A DNA stretch of 64,000 bases from Bdellovibrionota bacterium (lineage in GTDB: Bacteria > Bdellovibrionota > UBA1018 > CAIPTA01 > JAALKR01): positions 1,568,001 to 1,632,000 of the forward strand of contig CBDBMJ010000001.1 in the NCBI GenBank assembly GCA_965207455.1. The letters are read 5' to 3'. The first letter of the stretch is position 1; each line of letters begins with the position of its first letter. Positions 46,578-56,153 of this stretch are shown here, piece by piece. Under the pieces are notes generated by a model. That model made no database searches. It had not been told where the DNA came from and saw only the letters and a program-made list of their open reading frames with translations. The position numbers and the translations under genes are program-made.

Positions 46578-47234
46578 CTATTCTAAACGATCGTAGGTGA
46601 GGTAGAGTTCTCCCGAGCGGACGAAATTTTCTTTTAATTTCCAGCGAGTAAAATGGGGTGGAGTAAACCCCGTTCCCTCAAAGAGGCTGGGGGCCTTCCT
46701 ACCACCAATGAGTAGCGGACACAGGGTGAGGTAAATACGACTCACTAAATCCTGCTCCAAGAAATCGCTATTAAGTTCTCCACCACCCTCTAGGAGCAAG
46801 TGCTGAAAACCAGCTTTGCCCAAGGTCTGAAGAATCTTTTTGGGACGGGGACGTAGCGTTGGACAAACCACTACCTGCACACCCTTACTCTCGAAGTATT
46901 TTATGGCACTCGTAGAGGCATTTTTGCCACAAAATACCCAGCGGTCTATCTTGTGGGCTTGTTCCCAGGGGGTTTTTTTGGGGAGTCGGAGCCGAGAGCT
47001 AATAATAATGGTGGCTGGTTGTTTTTTTTTCGACCCTGAGGTTAGGGGTCGGGGATGGGCAACGAAGGTCTTGGCTCCCATAATTACGGCGTCGACCTTT
47101 CCGCGTAGTTGGCGCATGCGGGTTCTGTCAAAGGGACTCCCCATTTCTATGGGGCCACGCAGAAAGCTCGCAATTTTTCCATCTATACTGGAAGCCATAT
47201 TAATAGATACATGTGGTAATTTCACCTGAGGCAT
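46578..47234 (-). CDS. RibD C-terminal (DHFR-like) reductase domain protein
   Basis: MASSIDGKIA, LRGKVDAVIMGAKT, LLLEGGGELN, PLLIGG. Confidence 0.87.
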   Translation of the reverse strand: MPQVKLPHVSINMASSIDGKIASFLRGPIEMGSPFDRTRMRQLRGKVDAVIMGAKTFVAHPRPLTSGSKKKQPATIIISSRLRLPKKTPWEQAHKIDRWVFCGKNASTSAIKYFESKGVQVVVCPTLRPRPKKILQTLGKAGFQHLLLEGGGELNSDFLEQDLVSRIYLTLCPLLIGGRKAPSLFEGTGFTPPHFTRWKLKENFVRSGELYLTYDRLE

Positions 47235-47514
47235 GAGTCCTTATAATATGAATCCTATGGAAAACCAAGGTAACAGCCTTGCATTGCTACTTCTCCACAA
47301 CCGATATGCCGCATTAAATTAATCCTCCATTCCATTGACGCTCCCCTGAATTATTAATAATAAAAAAGATTATACACTGTGGTGTGATCTTTCCTTTTGC
47401 CCCTACATTTAAAATTAAAGCTTTGACATCAGATGACCGATCAGATTATTGTGCACCTTACAAAAGAAACGCGCGGTGTGTTTCTTAAATTTAATAAATA
47501 GAAAGGAAAAAATT

Positions 47515-48123
47515 ATGAATAATATACTAAAACTAACTTTTGCACTCGGTATAGTCTTTGCTTTGTTGAGTCCTCCAGTTTTCGGAGCAACAAGTGTAGA
47601 GAAAACGCTAGAATGTACCGACGGGAGGAATCTCAGGGATTCCATGGAGCAACGTTTTATAGTGTGCTCTACAGAAATAATAGAGCTTGAGGTGAACGGA
47701 GAAGTAAAAACTTTTACAGTTCAATTCAATTTCAGATCTTTACATCACGGCGATCCTGTCCCGGCTCAATCTACACATAATAGTGCTAGGAGTCCCAATG
47801 GTGGTTACTCGGTTTATTATCAGGAAGATCCCTCTCAACTGGGAGGTTTTGTACACGTATATGCCAAAAATACTCCGAAAGACGAGAGAGTATTCAAGAA
47901 ATACTATTGCAGCAATGATCCAGATACTTTTTCAGAGTGTTACTACATGTCAAAGAAAATTCAATCGTATGAAGGAGATCTGGGCAAGGATGTTAAACTT
48001 GAACTTGAAATTAACGTTAAGTTATTTGGTAGGAAGACTGAAGTCCAGTCTTGGGGAAAGGAATATCTTCCTATAAAAGTTGTTGCTGTGCTTCGACTTA
48101 GAGCGCCTATTTCCTCCCTGTAG
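47515..48123 (+). CDS. Secreted orphan protein with four Cys
   Basis: AAGGA RBS before ATG 47515, signal peptide ending PPVFG-A, terminator downstream. Confidence 0.72.
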   Translation: MNNILKLTFALGIVFALLSPPVFGATSVEKTLECTDGRNLRDSMEQRFIVCSTEIIELEVNGEVKTFTVQFNFRSLHHGDPVPAQSTHNSARSPNGGYSVYYQEDPSQLGGFVHVYAKNTPKDERVFKKYYCSNDPDTFSECYYMSKKIQSYEGDLGKDVKLELEINVKLFGRKTEVQSWGKEYLPIKVVAVLRLRAPISSL

Positions 48124-48167
48124 TTTTTATTTTTTTTAAAACTAATACAAGTATAGAGAATAAAATG

Positions 48168-48200
48168 AAATCCCCTCCATGATGAGGGGATTTTTTTATT
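48168..48200 (+). terminator. Intrinsic terminator
   Basis: AAATCCCCTC-catgat-GAGGGGATTT followed by T-tract. Confidence 0.85.
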
Positions 48201-48431
48201 TAGCCCTGCACTCGTGACAACTACCTAGAGCTAAGTTATAAAAGCCTCTATTCTGCCTACTATGCGTCTGAACTGAGGCACATAGAAAAAATCTTATTAC
48301 TTGAGCCTTCTCCTATTTGATTTTCCAGCCCACTGGCCTTAAATTATTACAAATAAAGAATATTATGCAATGTGTTGTAAGATTTCCATTTTGCTGAGGT
48401 GGAAATTTTCATTTTGGAGCAACGATACGCG

Positions 48432-48460
48432 TTGACAAATGCGCCGCATTTGTATAGCTT
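48432..48460 (+). promoter_or_regulatory. Sigma70-like promoter with overlapping 19-bp palindromic operator
   Basis: TTGACA-17 nt-TAGCTT; ACAAATGCG-C-CGCATTTGT (48435-48453) is a perfect inverted repeat. Confidence 0.6.
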
Positions 48461-48467
48461 AATCAGC

Positions 48468-49595
48468 ATGTTCCAATTCCGACGCAAGCGACCTAAAAAG
48501 ATAAAGATTGTTACCAGCGACATGCATCTCTCTGCGGGTCTATTCATTGACGGAAAGCCCAATCCCTACGAGGACTTTTACCACGACCACGAGTTTGTGG
48601 CCCTATTGGAATATTTTTCTCAGGGAATTTATGGCGACGGTTGTGAGGTGGAGCTTGTTTTAAATGGGGATGTCTTCGATTTTCTCAATGTATCTTTGGA
48701 TGGTGCGTTTTCTGAGCAGATTACGGAGGCCATGAGTTTAAGAAAGCTTCAAATTATTTTCGACGGTCACCCTGAGGTTGCAAATGCCATGCGGGAGTTC
48801 GTGGCCTGCCCTGGTAAATATATTGTATACAATGTGGGCAACCACGACCCTGATTTCTTTTTCCCCAAGGTGCGGGAGCTTTTTTGTAAAACTTTGATGG
48901 GGTCCAATGTTTCTCCGAGCAAAGTTCATGTGAATGTGGAAAAGGAGTATTTGGAATATCCCGGATTGCGAATTCACCATGGTAACGAATATGAAGCCAT
49001 ACATGTGATGAGTTATGAAAAGCCAATTATTACAGAGGGGGTGAAGGAGCCCATATTAAATATTCCTTGGGGAACGGTTTTTGTTTTGAGTATTGTGAAC
49101 CGATTTAAGCGACAACGGGATTATATCGACAGGGTCAAGCCTGCAAAGCTTATGATCTTTTGGGGTTTACTCACGGATCCCATATTTATGATAAAGCTTC
49201 TCTTCATCACGTCGGTCTATTTTTTAAAAACAAGATTTATTTACAGTCCTTCGAGGCGCGCTCCCCTTAGAACCACAATGCGTATCTTAAAGGAGGGGGC
49301 CACTCCCTTTCATAGTATGAAGGGTCACGCTGAGGCTATTTTGGAGAGTAAGCCAGATGTGCATACAGTGATCTTTGGTCACACACACGGGGCCATGCAA
49401 CACCGCTATTCCACGGGAAAGACCTATATCAACACGGGCACTTGGACTCGTATGGTGAACCTCGATCTGCTCCACCTTGGTCAAAGTGTACGCCTTACCT
49501 TTGCTTTAGTGGAATACGATAAGAAGGGGGATTGTGTGGCTACTTTGCAGGAATGGATGGGAGTGCCTGCGCCCCATAAAATGTATAACGTATAG
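48468..49595 (+). CDS. Calcineurin-like metallophosphoesterase
   Basis: SDMH, GDVFD, GNHD, HHGN, GHTH motifs; ATG 48468. Confidence 0.88.
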   Translation: MFQFRRKRPKKIKIVTSDMHLSAGLFIDGKPNPYEDFYHDHEFVALLEYFSQGIYGDGCEVELVLNGDVFDFLNVSLDGAFSEQITEAMSLRKLQIIFDGHPEVANAMREFVACPGKYIVYNVGNHDPDFFFPKVRELFCKTLMGSNVSPSKVHVNVEKEYLEYPGLRIHHGNEYEAIHVMSYEKPIITEGVKEPILNIPWGTVFVLSIVNRFKRQRDYIDRVKPAKLMIFWGLLTDPIFMIKLLFITSVYFLKTRFIYSPSRRAPLRTTMRILKEGATPFHSMKGHAEAILESKPDVHTVIFGHTHGAMQHRYSTGKTYINTGTWTRMVNLDLLHLGQSVRLTFALVEYDKKGDCVATLQEWMGVPAPHKMYNV

Positions 49596-49596
49596 A

Positions 49597-50553
49597 TTAT
49601 TTTTTCTGGATAATGGAGGCGTTTCTTTGTAGGCCTTGTAGTTTGGGTCGAGAAAGAGCCCTATCTCGAAATTCTGTTTGGAATTGTTTTTCGTCCATGG
49701 TTTGTATTTTATTGAGGGAGATCCATTCGATGGGAGGAGCGCCTTCTTCTTTTCGTTCATGTCGTAGGTTTTTGTCGTTCCAGGGGCATACCTCTTGGCA
49801 GATGTCGCAGCCTAAGATCCAGTCGCCCATAAGTGGGTGGTATTTCTCGTCGATATTTCCCTTATGTTCAATGGTTAAATAGGAAATGCATTTGCGACTA
49901 TCTACGGCCCGCTTATTTTCCAAAATAGCTTCGGTGGGGCAAGCGTCGATACAGCGACGACAAGATCCACAGTGATCCGCAATGGGCAGATCTGCCTCTA
50001 ACTCTGCTGTGCTAATAACCTCTCCCATCCAAAACCAAGAGCCCTCTTGGGGATGTATCAGCATGGCGTTTTTTCCAATCCAGCCCAGTCCTGCTTGTAC
50101 GCCGAGGCTGCGTTCTGGAATAGCGCCAGTGTCCACGTAAGCGAGGCTTTTATTTTTTTGCTTCCCATGACCGTCGATAAATGCGGCTAGTTTTTCCAGT
50201 AGGGCTTTGAGTACAAAGTGGTAGTCTTTGCCTTGGGCATAGCGAGCGATACGACCATATGGTTCGTTTGGATCTTTTTCGAGAAGGGGTAGTGTCTTTT
50301 CGCCGGGGAAGTGGAGGCCGCAGACGATGGCAGATTTTGCATCGGGCAGAATATTGCAAAGGCTTCCTCGACGTTGTTGTTGTCGTTCCAGGTATTTCAT
50401 TTCCGCACCATAGCCTTGGTCTATCCACCACTTATAGAATTTTTCCTGTGTGGCGTTCATTTCGCTGGTGATCCCTACTAGATGGAAGCCCAATTGACGC
50501 GCCTTATCTTTCACCATAGTAGAGGACAGAGTTTCCATATCTTTTTTTAACAT
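49597..50553 (-). CDS. queG: Epoxyqueuosine reductase QueG
   Basis: IARYAQGKDYH, VDTG..PER, AGLGWIGKN, CGSCRRCIDACPT, CISYLTIE, GCDICQEVCPWN. Confidence 0.95.
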   Translation of the reverse strand: MLKKDMETLSSTMVKDKARQLGFHLVGITSEMNATQEKFYKWWIDQGYGAEMKYLERQQQRRGSLCNILPDAKSAIVCGLHFPGEKTLPLLEKDPNEPYGRIARYAQGKDYHFVLKALLEKLAAFIDGHGKQKNKSLAYVDTGAIPERSLGVQAGLGWIGKNAMLIHPQEGSWFWMGEVISTAELEADLPIADHCGSCRRCIDACPTEAILENKRAVDSRKCISYLTIEHKGNIDEKYHPLMGDWILGCDICQEVCPWNDKNLRHERKEEGAPPIEWISLNKIQTMDEKQFQTEFRDRALSRPKLQGLQRNASIIQKK

Positions 50554-50592
50554 AAAGACTCCAGCGGTCCAGTTTTGTGATACCTAAAAGTC

Positions 50593-51435
50593 ATGGATCA
50601 AAAAGAGTTAAGTAGGGACGAGCTGGAGGGTCTAGCTAGGGATGTGCGTGTTCATATTATCCGCATGCTTTGTGAGGCAGGCAGTGGTCACCCAGGGGGC
50701 AGCCTTTCCTTAGCCGATATTTTAACTACTTTATATTTTCAGGTGCTTCGTCACGATCCCAAAAATCCGGACTGGGAGGATCGGGAGCGTTTTATTTTAA
50801 GTAAGGGTCATGGTGTGCCCACTCAGTATGCTTGTCTTGCGAAGGCGGGGTATTTTTCCGAGGATAGGCTTATCACCCTGAGGAAGAGGGGAAGTGCTTT
50901 GCAAGGTCACCCGGACCGTATGCGTTTGCCGGGAATAGAGGCAAGTACGGGAAGTTTAGGACAAGGGCTTTCCGTTGCCCAAGGAATTGCTTTAGCGATG
51001 CGACTGAATAAGAAAGACCACATGACCTATTGTGTATTAGGGGATGGGGAGCTTCAAGAGGGGCAGGTTTGGGAAGCAGCAATGAGTATTCCCATGCTTA
51101 AGTTGGGTCATTTGTGTGCTGTTGTGGATGCGAACGGATGTCAGATTGACGGCAATGTATCCGACGTGATGAACATTGAGCCCTTGGGTGCAAAGTTTGA
51201 AAGTTTTGGTTGGCAAGTGGTGGAAATCGACGGTCACGATGTGTGTGCTATACGAGATGCTTTTTTTCAAGCCAAGTCTGCGGCCAGTGGTGGAAAGCCC
51301 ACCATGATTATTGCCCGCACCACTAAGGGAAAGGGTGTGAGTTTTATGGAAGGAAAAGTAGGTTGGCATGGAGTAACTCCCTCTCGGGAAGAGGCGGACA
51401 GGGCTATTAAAGAACTAATGGCAGGTGGGCAATGA
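50593..51435 (+). CDS. Transketolase N-terminal subunit
   Basis: SGHPGGSLS, LSKGH, LQGHP, TGSLGQGLS, GDGELQEGQVWEA, WHG. Confidence 0.94.
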   Translation: MDQKELSRDELEGLARDVRVHIIRMLCEAGSGHPGGSLSLADILTTLYFQVLRHDPKNPDWEDRERFILSKGHGVPTQYACLAKAGYFSEDRLITLRKRGSALQGHPDRMRLPGIEASTGSLGQGLSVAQGIALAMRLNKKDHMTYCVLGDGELQEGQVWEAAMSIPMLKLGHLCAVVDANGCQIDGNVSDVMNIEPLGAKFESFGWQVVEIDGHDVCAIRDAFFQAKSAASGGKPTMIIARTTKGKGVSFMEGKVGWHGVTPSREEADRAIKELMAGGQ

Positions 51436-52388
51436 GCACTACTACTAACAAACCTCAGGTTACGCCTCAGGCTACACCCAAGGCCACACGCCAAGCATTT
51501 GGTGAAGCTCTTTTGGAATTAGGATCCAAGCATCCCGACATTGTTGTTCTCGATGCAGATCTTTCCTGTTCCACCAAAAGTAGTCTTTTTGCGAAGGAAT
51601 TTCCCCATCGATTTTTTCAGATGGGTATTGCTGAAGCAAATATGATTGGTACGGGAGCGGGTTTAGCTCTTGCGGGAAAAATTCCTTTTATTTGCAGTTT
51701 TGCTTGTTTTCTTACGGGTCGTTTTGATCAAATTCGTATGTCCATTTCCTACACCTGTGCGAATGTGCGTATTGTGGGAACCCATGCGGGTGTGGGTATT
51801 GGAGAAGATGGTCATTCGCAGATGGGTTTAGAGGATATGGCGTGTATGCGATCCCTTCCCAATATGACTGTTTTGCAGCCAGCAGACGAGGCTGAGACAA
51901 AGGCTATGGTGGAGGAGCTTATTACCTATGACGGACCTGCTTACTTGAGGCTCCTTCGTCAAAATGTTCCCCCTGTTCATGCTCCCAATACAAAATTTAA
52001 AATAGGCGCTATGCACGTTTTAGAAAAAGGATCGGCTGCGTTGGTATTGGCTACAGGTGGAGTGGTGCATACAGCGTTAGAGGCAGCTAAGAGTTTACAG
52101 CTTCCCTTAGAGGTGGTGAATGTATCGTCGATTAAGCCCATAGATCGGGAGTTTTTGCAAAAAGCCACGGAGCGATTTTCCACTTTTATTACGGTGGAGG
52201 ATCACTATATTGAGGGTGGTTTAGGGGGAGCAGTGGCTGAGGTCTTGGGAGATTTAGGCACGCCCACTAGGCTTCACCGGATTGGTGTGGAAAAGTTTGG
52301 TGAGAGCGGTAGTCCCAGTGATTTATACGAAGAGCATGGTCTTTCGGCTGCTGGTTTGGAAAGTCGCTTTTCCAAGCTTTTATTATAG
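51432..52388 (+). CDS. Transketolase C-terminal subunit
   Basis: ATRQAFG, DADL..ST, GIAEANM, GEDGHSQ, TVEDH...GGLG; ATGA overlap with the N subunit. Confidence 0.94.
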   Translation: MSTTTNKPQVTPQATPKATRQAFGEALLELGSKHPDIVVLDADLSCSTKSSLFAKEFPHRFFQMGIAEANMIGTGAGLALAGKIPFICSFACFLTGRFDQIRMSISYTCANVRIVGTHAGVGIGEDGHSQMGLEDMACMRSLPNMTVLQPADEAETKAMVEELITYDGPAYLRLLRQNVPPVHAPNTKFKIGAMHVLEKGSAALVLATGGVVHTALEAAKSLQLPLEVVNVSSIKPIDREFLQKATERFSTFITVEDHYIEGGLGGAVAEVLGDLGTPTRLHRIGVEKFGESGSPSDLYEEHGLSAAGLESRFSKLLL

Positions 52389-52391
52389 CGT

Positions 52392-52805
52392 ATGGGTATT
52401 TTTTTAGATCATATTGGTATAGCGATACAAAAGAATTCTCCTTTGATAAAACTTTTTGAGGTTTTGGGCTTACCGGTGGACGCCACTGAGGTGGTGCCGG
52501 AGGAAAAGGTAAAGGTGCATTTCGTTCCTCTTCCCAAGGGCAAGGCTAGAGTGGAGTTATTGGAGGGTGTGGAGCCTGAATCAAAAATCACCAAGTTTTT
52601 AGAGAAAAGAAAAAAAGACGGTGTTCATCACCTTTGTTTTCGAGTCGACGACTTAGATCTAGTTAGTCAAAAGATACGCGCCCTAGGTTTTTCCCTTGTT
52701 TACGACCAACCGGGAAAGGGTGCTGGTGGATGTAAGGTAAATTTCATTCATCCCAAGACCACGGGCGGGATTTTGATTGAGCTTTCTAGCGCTCCCGCTG
52801 ATTAA
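52392..52805 (+). CDS. mce: Methylmalonyl-CoA epimerase (VOC family)
   Basis: DHIGIA, VELLE, GVHHLCFRVDDL, NFIHPKTTGGILIEL. Confidence 0.88.
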   Translation: MGIFLDHIGIAIQKNSPLIKLFEVLGLPVDATEVVPEEKVKVHFVPLPKGKARVELLEGVEPESKITKFLEKRKKDGVHHLCFRVDDLDLVSQKIRALGFSLVYDQPGKGAGGCKVNFIHPKTTGGILIELSSAPAD

Positions 52806-52823
52806 TACAAAGCTCTCTGTTTA

Positions 52824-54668
52824 TTACAAATCACAGGTTCTGCCATGAATAACAACCCCTGGAGTGCCGCAGATTAAAGTGAGTTCGCTGTCTTTTGGTG
52901 TGGCGCCTGAAAATATTTCAGTCTCTCGCAGTAATTGATTATTTAAATCCCAACCGCTTATATTCAGTTCGGTCAGATTGGGTGCAAAGGCAAAAATATT
53001 AGAAAATTTCATCACATTAGAGATATTGAAATTAGATACATTAAGGGTAATTAAATTCTCAGCATGAGAAAACATACTGCTCATATCTATTACTTGAGAG
53101 GTATCAAAATTAGAGACATCCAGAGAAATTAAGCTCCTGTTGTTATAAAACATATCACTCATATCTATAACACGAGAGGTGTTGAAACTAGATAGATTAA
53201 GAGAAGTTAGGTTGAAGGCATTGCTGAACATGTCTCTCATATTTGTAACACGAGAGGTATCAAAGCTAGATATATCAAGAGAAGTTAAATTATTAGTATG
53301 AGCAAACATATCACTCATGCTCATTACATTGGAAGTATCGAAATTAGATAGGTTAAGTTCGGTTAAATCCGAAGCAAACCAAAACATTCCGCTCATATTT
53401 TTCACGCTAGAGGTATCAAAGTTAGATACATCCAAAGTAGTTAATTTATCAGAAACAGCGAACATCCAGCTCATACTCGTAACATGGGATGTATTAAAAT
53501 TAGAGACATCTAGGGCAGTTAAACTTTTCATATAAGAAAACATACCTCTCATATTTGTAACGAGAGAAGTATCAAAATTAGATACGTCAAGGGCAGCTAA
53601 ACTATCAGTACCTCTAAACATATTTTTCATATTTGTAACACGAGAGGTATCAAAATTAGAGACATCCAGAAAACTTATGATATCAGAATTAGCAAACATC
53701 CTGCTCATATCTGTAACGAGAGAAGTGTCAAAATTAGAGACATCCAGTGCAATTACGCTACTCGTACGCCTAAACATATTTTTCATACTTGTAACACGAG
53801 AGGTATCAAAATTAGATACATCCAGCGCGGTTAATTCCCGAGAATCATCGAACATATTGCTCATATCGGTAACACGGGAAGTATTGAAATTAGATACATC
53901 CAGCGCAGTTAATTTCTGGGTATGCGCAAACATCCAGCTCATATCGGTAACACTAGAGGTATTCAAGTTAGATACATCAAGCGAAGTTAATTTATTCGCT
54001 CGAAGAAAGATATTGCTCATATCGGTAACACGAGAAGTATCGAAATTAGAGATATCCAGGGTAGTTAAGCTCCTAGTATAAGCAAACATCCAACTCATAT
54101 CGGTAACACTGGAGGTATCTAGACCAGACAGATCAACAGAATTTAGTTCTATAGCATGGAAAAACATACCCACCATACTCGTTACCTTAGAGATATCCGT
54201 ACTGCCAGAGGTAAATGAAGTAAGGTTGCACCTACTAAAAGCATCCTCAAGACTCACCCAACCCACCTTTCCAAGGCTTTCCACTTCAAGAATCTGCGTG
54301 CTCTCATCAAGTGAGCAACCGGACAGTGCCTCTAAGGTTCCTTGAATTGTAACTTTATAATAACCAGATGATCTATAGGTATGATGTTTTGCAGGATCGT
54401 CATAAGAGGTGACTCGTTGAGGCTTGGATCCATCACCCCAATTCACAGTAAAATTGTAATGATAGCCTTCTCTTAGGGAAAGGGTACGATTAAGAGTTTC
54501 ACCAGTGGGCCAGAAGAATACAAAGGGTGCTTTCTCATCCACAGCCGGGTTTGCTGATGATAGGCTGGTAGCGAGAGTGTGCGGTGCTAAAGCAGCAAAA
54601 GCATGCATTGGTGCGCCTCCCACAATAGCTAGCGTTAGGATCCATAATAATAGAACTTTATTTTTTAT
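52824..54668 (-). CDS. PKD-like + DUF285/BspA-type LRR surface protein, copy 1 (ATG replaced by ATA)
   Basis: YNFTVNWGDGS domain, about 16 26-aa repeats LTxLDVSNFDTSxVTxMxxMF, C-terminal LICGTPG...RTCDL. The signal peptide extends upstream of the GTG at 54623 to an ATA at 54668. Confidence 0.85.
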   Translation of the reverse strand: MKNKVLLLWILTLAIVGGAPMHAFAALAPHTLATSLSSANPAVDEKAPFVFFWPTGETLNRTLSLREGYHYNFTVNWGDGSKPQRVTSYDDPAKHHTYRSSGYYKVTIQGTLEALSGCSLDESTQILEVESLGKVGWVSLEDAFSRCNLTSFTSGSTDISKVTSMVGMFFHAIELNSVDLSGLDTSSVTDMSWMFAYTRSLTTLDISNFDTSRVTDMSNIFLRANKLTSLDVSNLNTSSVTDMSWMFAHTQKLTALDVSNFNTSRVTDMSNMFDDSRELTALDVSNFDTSRVTSMKNMFRRTSSVIALDVSNFDTSLVTDMSRMFANSDIISFLDVSNFDTSRVTNMKNMFRGTDSLAALDVSNFDTSLVTNMRGMFSYMKSLTALDVSNFNTSHVTSMSWMFAVSDKLTTLDVSNFDTSSVKNMSGMFWFASDLTELNLSNFDTSNVMSMSDMFAHTNNLTSLDISSFDTSRVTNMRDMFSNAFNLTSLNLSSFNTSRVIDMSDMFYNNRSLISLDVSNFDTSQVIDMSSMFSHAENLITLNVSNFNISNVMKFSNIFAFAPNLTELNISGWDLNNQLLRETEIFSGATPKDSELTLICGTPGVVIHGRTCDL

Positions 54669-54716
54669 GATATGTCTCCACGTTCATAATCCGCCATCCT
54701 CAATGAGGTGCTTTTG

Positions 54717-56105
54717 TTACAAATCACAGGTTCTGTCACCAACAACAAACCCTGGAGTGCCGCAAATTAAAGTAAGTTCATCGTTCTTTGGTGAGGTGCC
54801 TGAAAACATTTCTGATTTTATTAAAAATTGATTACTCAAATCCCAACCACTTATATTAAGCTGGGTGAGGCCCTTCATATAAGAAAAAATTTCACTAAAG
54901 TTCAACACATTGGCAGTATCAAAATTAGATAGATCAAGGGAAGATATATTATAAGCACCAAAAAACATATACCTCATATCCCTCACATTAGAGGTATCAA
55001 AATTAGATACATCAAGAGAAGTTAAGCCCGAAGTAACAGAAAACATACTAGTCATATTTTGCACTTTAGAAGTGTCAAAATTAGATACATCAAGAGAAGT
55101 TATATTATAAGCACCAGAAAACATATGCCTCATATCCCTCACATTAGAGGTATCAAAATTAGATACATCAAGAGAAGTTAAATTGACAGTACGAATGAAC
55201 ATCCCACTCATGTCTGTAACATTAGCGGTATCAAAATTAGATACATCAAGAGAAACTAAAAGATTGTTATCAACAAACATGTTGTCCATAGTTGTGACAT
55301 TAGAGGTGTCAAAATTAGATACATCGAGTGCAGTTAGTTCCCTTAAATCATAAAACATTCTCTGCATATTTGTAACACTAGAGGTGTCAAAACTAGATAC
55401 ATTTAGTGTAGTTAAATTACGAGCATGCAAAAACATGCCCCGCATATTTGTAACACTAGAGGTATCAAAACTAGATAAATCAAGAGAAGTTAATTTGAGA
55501 GTATTCGCAAACATCCCACGCATATCTGTAACACTAGAGGTATCTAGACCAGATAAATCGACAGAGGTTAAGTCTCGAACCCCATAAAACATATCAGCCA
55601 TACTCTTTACTTTAGACGTGTCTGTATTGCCTGCGGTAAATGAAGTAAGGCTGCATCTACTAAAAGCGTTTTCAAGAGTTAACCAACCAACTTTTCCAAG
55701 ATTCTCCACGCTACGAATTTTACTATAGTTATATGAACAGCCAGATAGGGATAAGGCCTCAAAGGTTCCTTTGATTGTAACTCTGTAAGTGCCAAGTGAT
55801 TTATACTTATGATATTTAGAGGGATCATCATAAGAAGTAATCCGTTGAGGTTCAGAACCGTCGCCCCAATCCACAGTAAAGTCGTAATTATAGCCCTTAC
55901 TTAGGGGAAGGGTAGTATTTTTGTAGGAATGCCAAGTAAATACAAAAGGGAAATTCTCATCCACTGTCGAGTTTGCTGATGGCATGCTGGTATCGATAGT
56001 GGGTGGTGCTAAAGCAGCAAACGCATGCATTGACCCTCCCGCAGCAACGGTTAGCACTAAACTCCATAACAATAGAGCTTTATTTTTTATTGTTTTATTT
56101 TTCAT
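54717..56105 (-). CDS. PKD-like + DUF285/BspA-type LRR surface protein, copy 2
   Basis: MKNKTIKNK leader, DFTVDWGDGS, 26-aa LRRs, LICGTPG...RTCDL. Confidence 0.9.
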   Translation of the reverse strand: MKNKTIKNKALLLWSLVLTVAAGGSMHAFAALAPPTIDTSMPSANSTVDENFPFVFTWHSYKNTTLPLSKGYNYDFTVDWGDGSEPQRITSYDDPSKYHKYKSLGTYRVTIKGTFEALSLSGCSYNYSKIRSVENLGKVGWLTLENAFSRCSLTSFTAGNTDTSKVKSMADMFYGVRDLTSVDLSGLDTSSVTDMRGMFANTLKLTSLDLSSFDTSSVTNMRGMFLHARNLTTLNVSSFDTSSVTNMQRMFYDLRELTALDVSNFDTSNVTTMDNMFVDNNLLVSLDVSNFDTANVTDMSGMFIRTVNLTSLDVSNFDTSNVRDMRHMFSGAYNITSLDVSNFDTSKVQNMTSMFSVTSGLTSLDVSNFDTSNVRDMRYMFFGAYNISSLDLSNFDTANVLNFSEIFSYMKGLTQLNISGWDLSNQFLIKSEMFSGTSPKNDELTLICGTPGFVVGDRTCDL

Positions 56106-56153
56106 AACTTGTCCCTCCATTTATAATCTACCATCCTTAATGAACTCCTTTTG

